Below are positions 7,496 through 16,738 of a DNA stretch of 34,925 bases, piece by piece. Origin of the DNA: Bacillota bacterium (GTDB lineage Bacteria; Bacillota; JACPQU01). The notes under the pieces were generated by a model. That model was not told where the DNA came from. It did not search any database and was given only the letters and a program-made list of their open reading frames with translations. The stretch covers positions 1 to 34,925 of the forward strand of contig JACPQU010000036.1 of the NCBI GenBank assembly GCA_016190305.1. The letters are read 5' to 3'. The position numbers and the translations under genes were made by a program. How positions within the stretch are numbered: position 1 is the first letter of the stretch; each line of letters begins with the position of its first letter.

Positions 7496-9423
7496 GGCGA
7501 AGGCGCCCCCACCGTTCCCACGGGCCGCTTCAGGCCGGCCCGCGTGAGGATCGTCTCCAGGTCGAGGTGGTTGCGGACCTCGATGGCCAAGCGATCAAGG
7601 GCTTCCTCCCGGGCGCGATCGGAGCGTGACACCCGAGGCTCTTGCGGCTCCCGCGATTCCGTCAGTTGCCCCGGTTCCCCTGTCTCCCGCGGCCCCCGCT
7701 CCGGGTGCGGCGAGTTCGCCTCGCGCGCCGCCCACGCCATCCGCGCCGCCCGTCTCTGCCGGCTAAGCCGGGACAGGTTCGCCAGCCAGCCCCAGCGGAA
7801 CTCGTCGGAGTCGAAGAGCCCGTGCAGGTAGGTCCCCATGACCATTCCGCCCAGGGCCATGGCCCCATCCGGATGATCGGAACCAGCGCCTGCCACTGCA
7901 ACTCCGGCCGTCTCCCCTCCTGACCGGCCGGCTCCCGATCGGCCGGGCCGTTCCGAACGCAAGCGCAGCGCCGGCAGGCAAGTGGGGCCGAGGGTGGTTA
8001 GCCCGGCATGAATCTCGTAACCATGCACCGGGACCCCGGCCATTCCGGCCAGCAGGCCGGATCCGGCAACGGTAACAGCAGCCCCAGCAACAGCCTCGTC
8101 CACCCGACCCTGCGCCCTGACGGTGATCTTTTCGGGGGCGAAGACGGTGACGAGGTCGAGCAGCCCCAGCCCGGGAAGCTCCCGCCGGTCGGACTCCACC
8201 CCGTCCGGATCGAGAAGCGCCCGGCCGAGGATCTGGTAACCTCCGCAGATCCCCAGGACGGGTACTCCCTCCGCGGCCCGGCGGAGGATCGCCTGGTCAA
8301 GACCTTTCTCACGCAGGAAAAGGAGATCCGCCGAGGTATTCTTGGTGCCCGGGATGATCACGACGTCCGGATCCCCCAACTCTTCGGGCCGGCCTACGTA
8401 GCGGATCGACAGGCCCTCCCGCTCCAAGGCGTCGAAGTCGGTGAAGTTGGAGATCCGGGGAAGCGCCAGCACCGCCGCCGAAAGGGATGAGCAGGCGGAG
8501 TTGGCGGCCACGGTTTTCCCGGGATAAGGGGAAATGTCCCCTACTTCAGCCGGATCCAGGATTGCGTTCCCAGTCTCAGAAACGGCTCCTGCCCCAGGTG
8601 AGGAGGGGCGCCGCTGTCCGGATGCTGTTCGCGCGGACGCCGTTCGTCCGCCCGGCGTCCGCCCGGCGGCCATTCCCCCGGCGGCCGCTCGATCCCCCAG
8701 GGCCACCGAGTCCTCCTCCTCCAGCCCCAGTTCCCGGAGATAAGGAAGGACACCGAGGACGGGGAGCCCGGTGCGTTCCTCGATGAAGGCGAGGCCGGGC
8801 TCCAGCAGCGCCGGATCCCCGCGGAACTTGTTGATCACCAGGCCGGCCAGAAGGGCCCGCTCCTCCGGCGGGAGAAGATCCACCGTCCCGATCAGGGAGG
8901 CGAAGATCCCTCCCCGCTCGATATCCCCCACCAGGATGACGGGGGCCTGGAGCTCCCGGGCCAGCCGCATGTTGACGATGTCCCGGCTGCGCAGGTTGAC
9001 CTCGGCGGGGCTGCCGGCCCCCTCGATGACGATGATCTGAAAGCTTTCCCGGAGCACGGCGAGGGATTCCAGCACCGCCGCCCAGGCCTCGGGCAAGAAA
9101 CGCTCCCGGTAATCGACGGCGCCGAGTACCCCCCTGGCCCGCCCGTGGACGATCACCTGCGAAGTAGCCTCCCCGGTGGGCTTCAGGAGCACGGGGTTCA
9201 TGTGGATCGACGGTTCCACTCCCGCGGCGGCCGCCTGGAGAGCCTGGGCCCTTCCAATCTCGCCCCCTTCGGGGGTGACCGCGGAGTTAAGGGCCATGTT
9301 CTGCGCCTTGAAGGGCGACACGCGCCAGCCGTCCTGCTTCAGGATTCGGCAGAGGGCGGCGCAGAGGACGCTCTTCCCCACATGGGACCCGGTACCTTGC
9401 ACCATGATGTATCGCGTCGTCAT
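7492..9423 (-). CDS. cobQ: Cobyric acid synthase with low-complexity insertions
   Basis: YIMVQGTGSHVGKSVLCAALCRIL..FKAQNMALNS N-terminal ATPase domain and a GATase region (VLGICGGYQILG, GYEIHAG). I chose ATG at 9423, which forms an ATGA overlap with the cobU stop, over the track start at 9483. Confidence 0.9.
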   Translation of the reverse strand: MTTRYIMVQGTGSHVGKSVLCAALCRILKQDGWRVSPFKAQNMALNSAVTPEGGEIGRAQALQAAAAGVEPSIHMNPVLLKPTGEATSQVIVHGRARGVLGAVDYRERFLPEAWAAVLESLAVLRESFQIIVIEGAGSPAEVNLRSRDIVNMRLARELQAPVILVGDIERGGIFASLIGTVDLLPPEERALLAGLVINKFRGDPALLEPGLAFIEERTGLPVLGVLPYLRELGLEEEDSVALGDRAAAGGMAAGRTPGGRTASARTASGQRRPSSPGAGAVSETGNAILDPAEVGDISPYPGKTVAANSACSSLSAAVLALPRISNFTDFDALEREGLSIRYVGRPEELGDPDVVIIPGTKNTSADLLFLREKGLDQAILRRAAEGVPVLGICGGYQILGRALLDPDGVESDRRELPGLGLLDLVTVFAPEKITVRAQGRVDEAVAGAAVTVAGSGLLAGMAGVPVHGYEIHAGLTTLGPTCLPALRLRSERPGRSGAGRSGGETAGVAVAGAGSDHPDGAMALGGMVMGTYLHGLFDSDEFRWGWLANLSRLSRQRRAARMAWAAREANSPHPERGPRETGEPGQLTESREPQEPRVSRSDRAREEALDRLAIEVRNHLDLETILTRAGLKRPVGTVGAPSP

Positions 9424-10238
9424 CGCTCCGGCCTCCTCGCCGGCCCTTTCGCCTGCCCCCCGCCCGGCCGCCTTGCCGACCACTGGAGAGCCCTCCCCCC
9501 AGCCTTCAGGGGGACCGGAATCCCGGCGATCACCGCGTAAACCTCTTCCGCCGCCTCCGCCACGCGCTGGTTGGCGGTGCCCAGGAGATCCCGGAAGAGG
9601 CGGCCGCTGGGATAAGTGGGCACCAGCCCCCAGCCGACCTCATCGGTCACCACGATCACCCCTGCGGGAACTTCAAGAGCCGCCGCCACGAGCAGGTCGA
9701 CCGCCTGGACCAGGGCCTCGCCGGGGAATACCCCGAGGGATTCCTCGCGGGATTTTCCGGGGGACTCCCCGGCGGGTTTCCCTCTCGGCCTTCCGGCGGA
9801 TTCTCCGAGTGCCCCGTCGTCGGGATCCTCCCCAGATTCCCCCCCGAACTCCCCTGCCGAAGGATCGATCCCGTTCATCCAGCGGGCCACCAGGGTGCCG
9901 AGGGAGTCCATGAGCACCAGATCCTCGGCCTCGCCCAGCCTCGCGGCGGCCTCCTCGAAGATCCCAACGGGGCCGCCCGGCCCGACCCCGACCTCCGTGC
10001 CCATCCGTGCATCCCGGCCAGCCCCGATCTCCACAGTGCGCCAGCCCAAAGGACGCCGGCGGCGATGAGCCTCGATCCGCTTGTGCATCTCCCTGTCCTC
10101 GGCCCACCCCGTCGCGAGGTAGACCACCCCGCAACCCCGTTCGTCGCTCAGCCGGGCCGCCAGCCTTTCGGCGAAAAGGCTTTTCCCGCTGGCGCTGCCG
10201 CCGGTGATCAGGAAAAGGCCGCCGCCTCTCATGGTCAT
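9420..10238 (-). CDS. cobU: Adenosylcobinamide kinase / adenosylcobinamide-phosphate guanylyltransferase with a roughly 50-aa acidic Gly/Ser/Glu insert
   Basis: LFLITGGSASGKSLFAE P-loop, HRRRRP..W.T.E, VTDEVGWGLVP and RLFRDLLG..NQ motifs. ATGA overlap with the upstream cbiH-cbiC stop. Confidence 0.85.
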   Translation of the reverse strand: MTMRGGGLFLITGGSASGKSLFAERLAARLSDERGCGVVYLATGWAEDREMHKRIEAHRRRRPLGWRTVEIGAGRDARMGTEVGVGPGGPVGIFEEAAARLGEAEDLVLMDSLGTLVARWMNGIDPSAGEFGGESGEDPDDGALGESAGRPRGKPAGESPGKSREESLGVFPGEALVQAVDLLVAAALEVPAGVIVVTDEVGWGLVPTYPSGRLFRDLLGTANQRVAEAAEEVYAVIAGIPVPLKAGGRALQWSARRPGGGQAKGPARRPER

Positions 10239-11872
10239 TGGCTCTCCCCCGCCGCTACCAGGAGCAGGGCGTTAAGAGCGGCGGCGACCAGGGGGCTGCC
10301 GCCGCGCTCCCCCCTGATGGTGATGTAGGGAAGTCCGGAGGCAGCCAGGCGATCCTTGGACTCCCTGGCCCCCACGAACCCCACCGGGATCCCGATCACC
10401 AGGGCGGGCGGCTTCGCCGTGCCTTCCTCAACCAGGTCGATAAGCTCCTCCAGGGCCGTGGGAGCATTTCCGACCAGGACGATGCCCCCGCCGATTTCCC
10501 CCGCCAGCTTCCGCACGGCCATGGCGCTCCGGGTGCGCCCGGTCCGCTCGGCTTCCCCGGCCACCGCCGGGTCAGCCACGAGGCAAAGAGGCCGGCAGCC
10601 GAAGCGATCCATGAGCCTCCCATTCAGGGCCACCCGGACCATGTTCACGTCGGTCACCACCGCGCACCCCGCCCGGAGGGCCGCCACACCTCTATCCGCG
10701 GCGTCCGGCTGGAACTCCACCGCCCGTGCCAGCCCCAAGTCTCCGCTGGTGTGCACGATCCGCTCCACCACCGCCCGCTCGGCTTCCGAGAGGGGAAGGA
10801 TCCCCAGGTGCCCGCGGATGATCTCGAAGCTGCGACGGGAGATCCCCGCGGGATCCCGGATGGGTTCGTAGGTGGCGGGGCCGCCGTCGGGAGTTTGGGG
10901 CGGGGCGGCGGAGCCTTCGGATGATCCTGACCGGACGGCGGAGCCGCCGTCGGGAGACCCGGACCCGGCGGAAAGATCCGCGGCGGACGCCCGGGACCCG
11001 GAACCATCCGGCCCGGAACCACCCAGCCGGTATTTCCGGTCATATCCTCGCGGGGTGACCATCGCCTCTCCCACCCGGAAGGTGGTGGAGTTCCCGATGA
11101 TGATCGTGGTCTGCATGTCCACCGGAATCTCCGCCAGGCCGGCGAGATCGGCCGTTTCCACCTGCTGCCCCTCGCGGTAGGCACGCCTGACCACCCCGAC
11201 CGGCGTGGCAGGGTCAAGGTGCCGGAGGAGGATCCGCCGAGCCTCCTCCAGGGGCCCTTTTCTCTTACTGCTGGCCGGGTTGTAGAGGGCGATGACCAGA
11301 TCGGCCTTCGCCGCCAGTTCCAGGCGCTTGGCGATGGTTTCCCAAGGCGTCAGGAGGTCGCTCAGGCTGATCACCGCCATGTCGTTCATCAACGGCGCTC
11401 CCAGAAGGGCTCCCGCGGCAGCCGCGGCGGTGATCCCGGGGATCACCTCAATGGGCGGCGCCGGGACATCGGCGCCATCCGCAGCCAGGATCTCGTAAAC
11501 CAGGCCGGCCATCCCGTAAATGCCGGCATCGCCGCTGGAAACGAGGGCGACGGCCTGCCCCTCACGGGCCAGGGTCAAGGCCTTCCGCGCCCTTTCAACC
11601 TCGTCGCCCATCCTCCCGGAGTGGATCTCCTTGCCTTCAATGATCCCCGCAAGAAGGCGCAAGTAGGTGGTGTACCCCACAACCGCCTCGGCGCGGCGAA
11701 GGGCCTCCGCCGCTGCCGGGGTGATCTGAGCGGGCTCCCCGGGCCCGATTCCTACTATAAGAAGGCGTCCACCAGGATGGCTCCCACTCGGAAGACCCCC
11801 GTTATTTCCATTAGAAACGTCATTCCCGTCAAGACCACTATGTTCGCGATTCCCGCCAGGATCATCCCGCAT
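10235..11872 (-). CDS. cbiH-cbiC: Fusion of cobalt-factor III / precorrin-3B C17-methyltransferase (CbiH) and cobalt-precorrin-8 methylmutase (CbiC)
   Basis: The N-terminal half has the tetrapyrrole methylase signature (LLIVGIGPGEPAQITPAA...VSSGDAGIYGMAG...VIPGITAA). A Gly/Ser linker follows at about 10868-11026. The C-terminal half is CbiC/CobH-like (SFEIIRGHLG, HTSGDL, LVGNAPTAL, VIGIPVGFVGA.ESK). I chose ATG 11872, which has a GGAGGAGGAG RBS and overlaps the cbiFG stop by 11 nt. Confidence 0.85.
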   Translation of the reverse strand: MRDDPGGNREHSGLDGNDVSNGNNGGLPSGSHPGGRLLIVGIGPGEPAQITPAAAEALRRAEAVVGYTTYLRLLAGIIEGKEIHSGRMGDEVERARKALTLAREGQAVALVSSGDAGIYGMAGLVYEILAADGADVPAPPIEVIPGITAAAAAGALLGAPLMNDMAVISLSDLLTPWETIAKRLELAAKADLVIALYNPASSKRKGPLEEARRILLRHLDPATPVGVVRRAYREGQQVETADLAGLAEIPVDMQTTIIIGNSTTFRVGEAMVTPRGYDRKYRLGGSGPDGSGSRASAADLSAGSGSPDGGSAVRSGSSEGSAAPPQTPDGGPATYEPIRDPAGISRRSFEIIRGHLGILPLSEAERAVVERIVHTSGDLGLARAVEFQPDAADRGVAALRAGCAVVTDVNMVRVALNGRLMDRFGCRPLCLVADPAVAGEAERTGRTRSAMAVRKLAGEIGGGIVLVGNAPTALEELIDLVEEGTAKPPALVIGIPVGFVGARESKDRLAASGLPYITIRGERGGSPLVAAALNALLLVAAGESQ

Positions 11873-14180
11873 TGCTCTCCTCCTCCGGTTCACCAACCCG
11901 TCCCGGGGACACCGCCGCAGCAATGGCGCCATCCCCGCGCACGTCCGCGCCGGTGCCTCCCGCCGTTCGGGCCACCGCGACGGTGACCGGGCCCAGCTTC
12001 CGCTTGGGGACGATCAACTCGGGGCGCGCTTTCCCGGTGGGGATGGGGGGGACTTGCCGCTCCGGGACCGAATAATGGCCGCTTCCGAAACCGTCCAGGT
12101 GCAGACCGGCCAGAAACGCCGCGGGTTCGCACACCCCGGCGACCCCCATGTAACGCACCGGGGGTGAGGACGGATCCGGGCTCTCCCGCCCCAGTTCGTC
12201 TTCCCAGGCCCGGTTCAAGGCCTCTCCTTCAAAGCAAAGGAGGGGAACCCCCATCCCCCGGCAGAAAGCGGTGAGCCCCGCTTCCCCTTCCTTTTCCTTC
12301 AAGGTGCCGACGGCGCCTATCGAAAGGCGGCTCAAACCGGCTCCGGCCAGGGTTTCGGCGACGGCAGTCCTGATGCTCCCCTCGCCGGTCTCCTTCCGGC
12401 ACCCGATCCCCACGGCCAGGGTCGGGGGGCGGAACACCACCAAGTGCCTGGGAAGGCCTCCGGGTAGACCGGCACGGAGGGAAAGTCCCTCATTCCCCCC
12501 ATTTCCGGTGAGTCCCCCGTCTCCCGGGATCTCCCGGTCGCTGATGATCACCGCCGCCGGGCATTCCTCACCGGCCAGGCCCTTCAATCCCGCCGGACCC
12601 ACCATGTCCGCCTGAACCGCACCGCCCGGAAGGCCGGAGAGGCGGATTATATTGGGAGGAAGCGGGATTCCTTCGGGCCAGCGGCAGCCGGCCCCCTCTT
12701 CCACCAGCGCCACCCGTTCGCCGTTCACCAGGGCGGCCGTCACTCCCGTCAGGTCGCTCCCCGGCTCCAGCTTCCACCCCAGCTTCCGCGGCCATGTATC
12801 CAGGGCGGGAAGACCGGCCAGGTCGGAAGCGGTGGTGATCACCGGCCGCGCTCCCAAGATGCCAGCCACTTTATGGGCCAGTTCGTTGGCCCCTCCCAGG
12901 TGCCCGGACAAGAGGCTGACGGCGTGGAGACCCTCGTCATCCACGGCCACAACCCCCGGGTCGCGGCGCTTGTCCGATAAAGAAGGGGCGATGAGCCTGA
13001 CCGCCGCCCCCACGGCCATGCAGAGGACGATCCGATCCGCCTGCCGGAAGAGTTCCGTCACCAAGTCCCGGCAGGGCTGCTCGTAGTAGATCACGGCGGG
13101 GTCGGGGTTCCGCCCATGGTCAACGTCAGCCCGGGCTGTCTCATCCCGGTACCGCTCGGGAAGATAAACGGCGGCAGTCGATCCCAGGCCCGTGGCGATC
13201 CGGAGCGCCAGCCCGGCCCCCTTCCGGCTGACCGCCACCACGGCCTGGCGTGAAACGACGGCGGTGCTCCCGGTCCACGTGCCGGGCCCCGGTTCCGCTC
13301 CAGCCGCCCCACCGTCTCCAGTTATCCCGCCGGCCCCGGAGGTTCCAATCGCTCCAGCGGCTCCTTCGGGCCGGGTCGCGCAGGTTCCCGTCCCGCCCTC
13401 GCCGCTCGCACCGCCGTCACCGCGCTCCGACTGCCAGTCGCCGTAAAGGTGCGATCTGGGCGCTGTTCCATCCCTTTCCTTGACGGCCTCCCCGACCAGG
13501 ATCAGGGCGTGCCTGGCGATCCCTTCGGAGCGGATCCTGGAGGCCAGTTCTCCCAGGGGGCAGCGCAGCACCTGCTCGTCCTCCCAGGTGGCCCGGTAGA
13601 CGACAGCCGCGGGGGTATCCGGCAGATAGCCGCCGGCCAGCAGCTCCTCTTGAACTGCTTCCGCCAGGGAAGCGCTGAGGAAGACGGCCATCGTCGCCCC
13701 GTGGGCCGCGAGCCCGGCCAGGGATTCCCGATCCGGAACCGGGGTACGCCCCCGGCCCCTGGTCACGATCACGGTCTGGGCCCCTCCGGGGACGGTCAAC
13801 TCGCTCCGGACGGCGGCGGCCGACGCCGAAAGGGAGGTCACCCCAGGGACGATCCGGTAGGGGATCCCCTCGGCCTCCAGGATCGCCAGTTGCTCGGCCA
13901 GCGCACCATAGAGAGAGGGATCGCCGGTATGCAGCCGCGCTACCTTCCTGCCGGCCGCCACGGCCTCCTTGATCAGGCCGGTGATCTCCTCCAGGCGCAT
14001 GTCCGAACTCCCGCGGACCTCGGCTCCTTCACGGGCATGCCCGAGGATGGCCGGGTTGATCAGGGAATCGGCCCAGATCACCAGGTCGGCCTCTCCCAAA
14101 AACCGCCTCCCCTTGATGGTGAGAAGCTCCGGATCCCCCGGGCCCGCCCCGATGAAGTGAACCGGCGGCCGGGCGGTCAC
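11862..14180 (-). CDS. cbiF-cbiG: Fusion of cobalt-precorrin-4 C11-methyltransferase (CbiF) and cobalt-precorrin-5A hydrolase (CbiG)
   Basis: The N-terminal part reads VHFIGAGPGDPELLTIKG...RLHTGDPSLYGA...IVPGVTS (CbiF). A Gly-rich linker lies at about 13248-13439. The C-terminal part has CbiG features (VVAVSRKGAGLA, VITTASD, LAVGIGCRK). The GTG start overlaps the cbiETL stop (GTGA). Confidence 0.85.
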   Translation of the reverse strand: MTARPPVHFIGAGPGDPELLTIKGRRFLGEADLVIWADSLINPAILGHAREGAEVRGSSDMRLEEITGLIKEAVAAGRKVARLHTGDPSLYGALAEQLAILEAEGIPYRIVPGVTSLSASAAAVRSELTVPGGAQTVIVTRGRGRTPVPDRESLAGLAAHGATMAVFLSASLAEAVQEELLAGGYLPDTPAAVVYRATWEDEQVLRCPLGELASRIRSEGIARHALILVGEAVKERDGTAPRSHLYGDWQSERGDGGASGEGGTGTCATRPEGAAGAIGTSGAGGITGDGGAAGAEPGPGTWTGSTAVVSRQAVVAVSRKGAGLALRIATGLGSTAAVYLPERYRDETARADVDHGRNPDPAVIYYEQPCRDLVTELFRQADRIVLCMAVGAAVRLIAPSLSDKRRDPGVVAVDDEGLHAVSLLSGHLGGANELAHKVAGILGARPVITTASDLAGLPALDTWPRKLGWKLEPGSDLTGVTAALVNGERVALVEEGAGCRWPEGIPLPPNIIRLSGLPGGAVQADMVGPAGLKGLAGEECPAAVIISDREIPGDGGLTGNGGNEGLSLRAGLPGGLPRHLVVFRPPTLAVGIGCRKETGEGSIRTAVAETLAGAGLSRLSIGAVGTLKEKEGEAGLTAFCRGMGVPLLCFEGEALNRAWEDELGRESPDPSSPPVRYMGVAGVCEPAAFLAGLHLDGFGSGHYSVPERQVPPIPTGKARPELIVPKRKLGPVTVAVARTAGGTGADVRGDGAIAAAVSPGRVGEPEEESNAG

Positions 14181-16738
14181 GACTCATGCTCCCGTTCTTC
14201 ATCTTCTCGCCGGTTTCCCAATTGACCGTGTTCCACCTGCCGGCTTTCTTCCCGCCGGCGAACCTGTGCCCGGGACGCACCCGTAACCACCAGCAGCGAG
14301 AAGTATTCGGGTTTCTTCCCCCGCAGAGCGCCGACATCCCTGGTCAGGTATTCCCATGGCGTGCCGCACCGCTCCACGTAGACCGCCCCATCGGCCAGAC
14401 CCTCGCGGTCGAGGAGATCGATCAGCGTATCCAGATGCTCCCCGAGCTTCATGATTACCACCGTCTCGAAGGCTTTCAGGGCCGCCTCGATCCTGGCCGG
14501 CCCGGCGCTCGCCGGCAGCACCGCCACCCCTTCGTCCTCCACGGCAAGCGGCAGGAGGGCCGCCGCCGAAGCAGCGGAGATGGAGGAGATCCCGGGGATC
14601 ACGCTGATCGGGGAGCCCGGGGAGAGCTGCTTGACCTCCTCGGCCAAGTAAGTCCAGGTGCTATACCAAGCGGGATCCCCTTCAGTCAAAAAGGCGCAAT
14701 GGTGGCCGCGGAGAAGCCGTTCGGCCACGCAGCGGGCCGCCTCCCGCCATGCCTCGGTCAGGGCGGCGCGGTCCCTGGTCATCGGGAAATCGAGGGGAAT
14801 CAACTCCTGCACGCCCGGGTGGAGGAGATCCTCCACCACCGACAAGGCGTAGCTCCGGTGAGCGCTCGACTTACGGGGAAAGCAGACGACCGGAACGTGG
14901 CTCAGGACCTCACGGGCCCCGACCGTCAGAAGGAACGGGTCCCCGGGCCCCACCCCGATCCCGATGAGGGACCCAGGCCCGACTGCCGGTTCTCCCTTCG
15001 CAACCTTTGCAGCATCCGAAACCTTTGTACCGTTTGCATCGTTCGCACCTATCGCACCCATTGCTTCCATCGCGTCCTGTTCTACCTCGTTCCCGGGATT
15101 GTCGATTCCGCATGTTCCGACCGGTCCCGTTCCCGTCGGCGTACCGAGGGTTCCCAGTGTTCCTGCTTCGCCTTGACCCGGGTTTCCCCTGGCGGCGACT
15201 TCGACGGTAGCGACTTCCCCGATGGCGGCTCCTTGCCCCTTTTCGGCCGTGATGATCCAGACCGGATCCAGGGCTTCGAACCGCGTCAGTCCCTGGAGGT
15301 CGCGCCCCCGGGAAACCTGCACCTGGATGACCTCCGGGGCGAAACCCGCTTCTTTGAGGGCTGCCAGGGTCTGATGCAGGGTCTCCACCGTTGCGGCGTT
15401 GACCGTCAGCCGGCCGCCGGGAGTCAAACGCGCAGCCGCTGTCCGCAGGATCTCCCGGAGACGCCCTCCCGAGCCGCCCACGAAGACGGCGTCCGGCGGC
15501 GGGGCTCCCTCGAAGGTCTCCGGCGCTTCCCCCTGCCTGATTTCCAGGTTGACGGCTCCGAAACGAGCCGCGTTGGCCCGGATGTGCTCCACCGCCTCCG
15601 GGTTCCGCTCAAAGGCGACCGCCCGGCCGCGCGGCGCGGCCAGGGCCGCTTCCACGGCCACCGACCCGGATCCGGCCCCCACGTCCCACACCACGCTGTC
15701 CTCGCGGAGACCCAGAGAGGCCAGACAGAGAATCCTCACCTCACGCTTGGTAATCATCCCCCGGCGCGGAGCGCGGAATTGAAACTCTTCATCACGGATC
15801 CCGGTGACTAGTCGGGCTGCGTTTTCGTTCGGACGGGCTGAGTTTCCGGGTCCGGCCCCGACGGGCCGGGCGGATAATTTCAACGCGGTGAGGTCGTCTT
15901 CGGCTTCGGACAACAGGCTGCCGGGAGCCGGCTTGAGGATCACGATGTTGGGATAATCGAAGCTTTCTTGGGCCATTATGCGCAAGGTCCCCTCCCAGAT
16001 CCGCTCTCTTTCTTCACTCCCGAGGCGCTCACACACGAAGGCAGGGCAGTCGGGCACCCCCCGGGAAAGGAGAAAAGAAGCCACGGCGGCCGGATTGTGC
16101 TTGTGATCGGTCAGGATGGCGAGTTTCCGGATGGCTGCGTTCCGGCCCGGCCCCTCGCCCGGTCCCCCGGTGGTTTCGCGAGTCAGTCCCGGATTCAGTC
16201 CCTGGGCCAGCCCCGCCAGTTCGTCCAGGGACCGCCCGTGGACGCTGAAGAAAGCCGCGTCTTCCCAGGTTTCCCCGATCCGCGCGAAGGCGAGCTGCAC
16301 CCAGCTCACCGCCGGAACGATCTCCACCTGTTCCCTTCCGAACTCGCGGAGCAGAAAGGAAGCGACCCCAAAGAAACCCGGATCCCCCGACGCCAGGACG
16401 ACGATCCTTCCATTCCCGGGGTCAGCCGGGCAGGTTTCAGCGTCGATTTCCGCGCGGGTTCCCATTCGGGTTTCGGCGCGGGTTTCCCGGATGGCCGCGG
16501 CCAGGCTGCCGAGGCCTGCGCGGATGGGCAGGCGGCGTCCCCCCGCATCGGGAAACATGTCCAGCAGGTACTGTCCTCCCGCCAGCAGCGAGGCCGAGAG
16601 CACCGCCTTCCGCCACCGGTCCCCCAGGGCAGACGGCCCGTCGGGGCCCACTCCAATGACCAGGATCTTTTCCGGAATCTTCTCCGGATCGCAGCTCCCT
16701 ATTTCTTCTTGACCGCCCGGCGCCTGATCAAAGCTCAA
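14177..16738 (-). CDS. cbiE-cbiT-cbiL: Triple fusion: cobalt-precorrin-7 C5-methyltransferase (CbiE), cobalt-precorrin-6B C15-methyltransferase/decarboxylase (CbiT) and cobalt-factor II C20-methyltransferase (CbiL)
   Basis: CbiE-like, about 15929-16669 (ILVIGVGPDG, VVLASGDPGFFG, IVPAVSW). CbiT-like SAM methylase, about 15239-15802 (ITKREVR, VWDVGAGSGSVAVEAA). Linker at about 14975-15238. CbiL-like, 14180-14974 (LIGIGVGPGDPFLLT, FLTEGDPAWYST, VIPGISS). GGGAGG RBS lies 7 nt before TTG 16738. Confidence 0.85.
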   Translation of the reverse strand: MSFDQAPGGQEEIGSCDPEKIPEKILVIGVGPDGPSALGDRWRKAVLSASLLAGGQYLLDMFPDAGGRRLPIRAGLGSLAAAIRETRAETRMGTRAEIDAETCPADPGNGRIVVLASGDPGFFGVASFLLREFGREQVEIVPAVSWVQLAFARIGETWEDAAFFSVHGRSLDELAGLAQGLNPGLTRETTGGPGEGPGRNAAIRKLAILTDHKHNPAAVASFLLSRGVPDCPAFVCERLGSEERERIWEGTLRIMAQESFDYPNIVILKPAPGSLLSEAEDDLTALKLSARPVGAGPGNSARPNENAARLVTGIRDEEFQFRAPRRGMITKREVRILCLASLGLREDSVVWDVGAGSGSVAVEAALAAPRGRAVAFERNPEAVEHIRANAARFGAVNLEIRQGEAPETFEGAPPPDAVFVGGSGGRLREILRTAAARLTPGGRLTVNAATVETLHQTLAALKEAGFAPEVIQVQVSRGRDLQGLTRFEALDPVWIITAEKGQGAAIGEVATVEVAARGNPGQGEAGTLGTLGTPTGTGPVGTCGIDNPGNEVEQDAMEAMGAIGANDANGTKVSDAAKVAKGEPAVGPGSLIGIGVGPGDPFLLTVGAREVLSHVPVVCFPRKSSAHRSYALSVVEDLLHPGVQELIPLDFPMTRDRAALTEAWREAARCVAERLLRGHHCAFLTEGDPAWYSTWTYLAEEVKQLSPGSPISVIPGISSISAASAAALLPLAVEDEGVAVLPASAGPARIEAALKAFETVVIMKLGEHLDTLIDLLDREGLADGAVYVERCGTPWEYLTRDVGALRGKKPEYFSLLVVTGASRAQVRRREESRQVEHGQLGNRREDEEREHES

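Noticed and set aside
9424-9483. Upstream start for cobQ (MVGKAAGRGAGERAGEEAGA extension)
   Set aside because: The extension is low complexity and overlaps the cobU 3' end by 64 nt. ATG 9423 forms the typical ATGA overlap and gives the canonical MTTRYIMVQGT N-terminus.
14186-15811. 541-aa plus-strand ORF, the longest of many plus-strand ORFs across 1300-22600 (others include 1784-2656, 2523-3293, 9176-9913, 11219-11986, 13449-14225, 15968-16744 and 21803-22600)
   Set aside because: They lie antisense to genes whose products carry unmistakable conserved enzyme motifs. Their translations are Arg/Pro/Gly-rich with no motifs, as expected for stop-poor antisense frames in roughly 70 percent G+C DNA.
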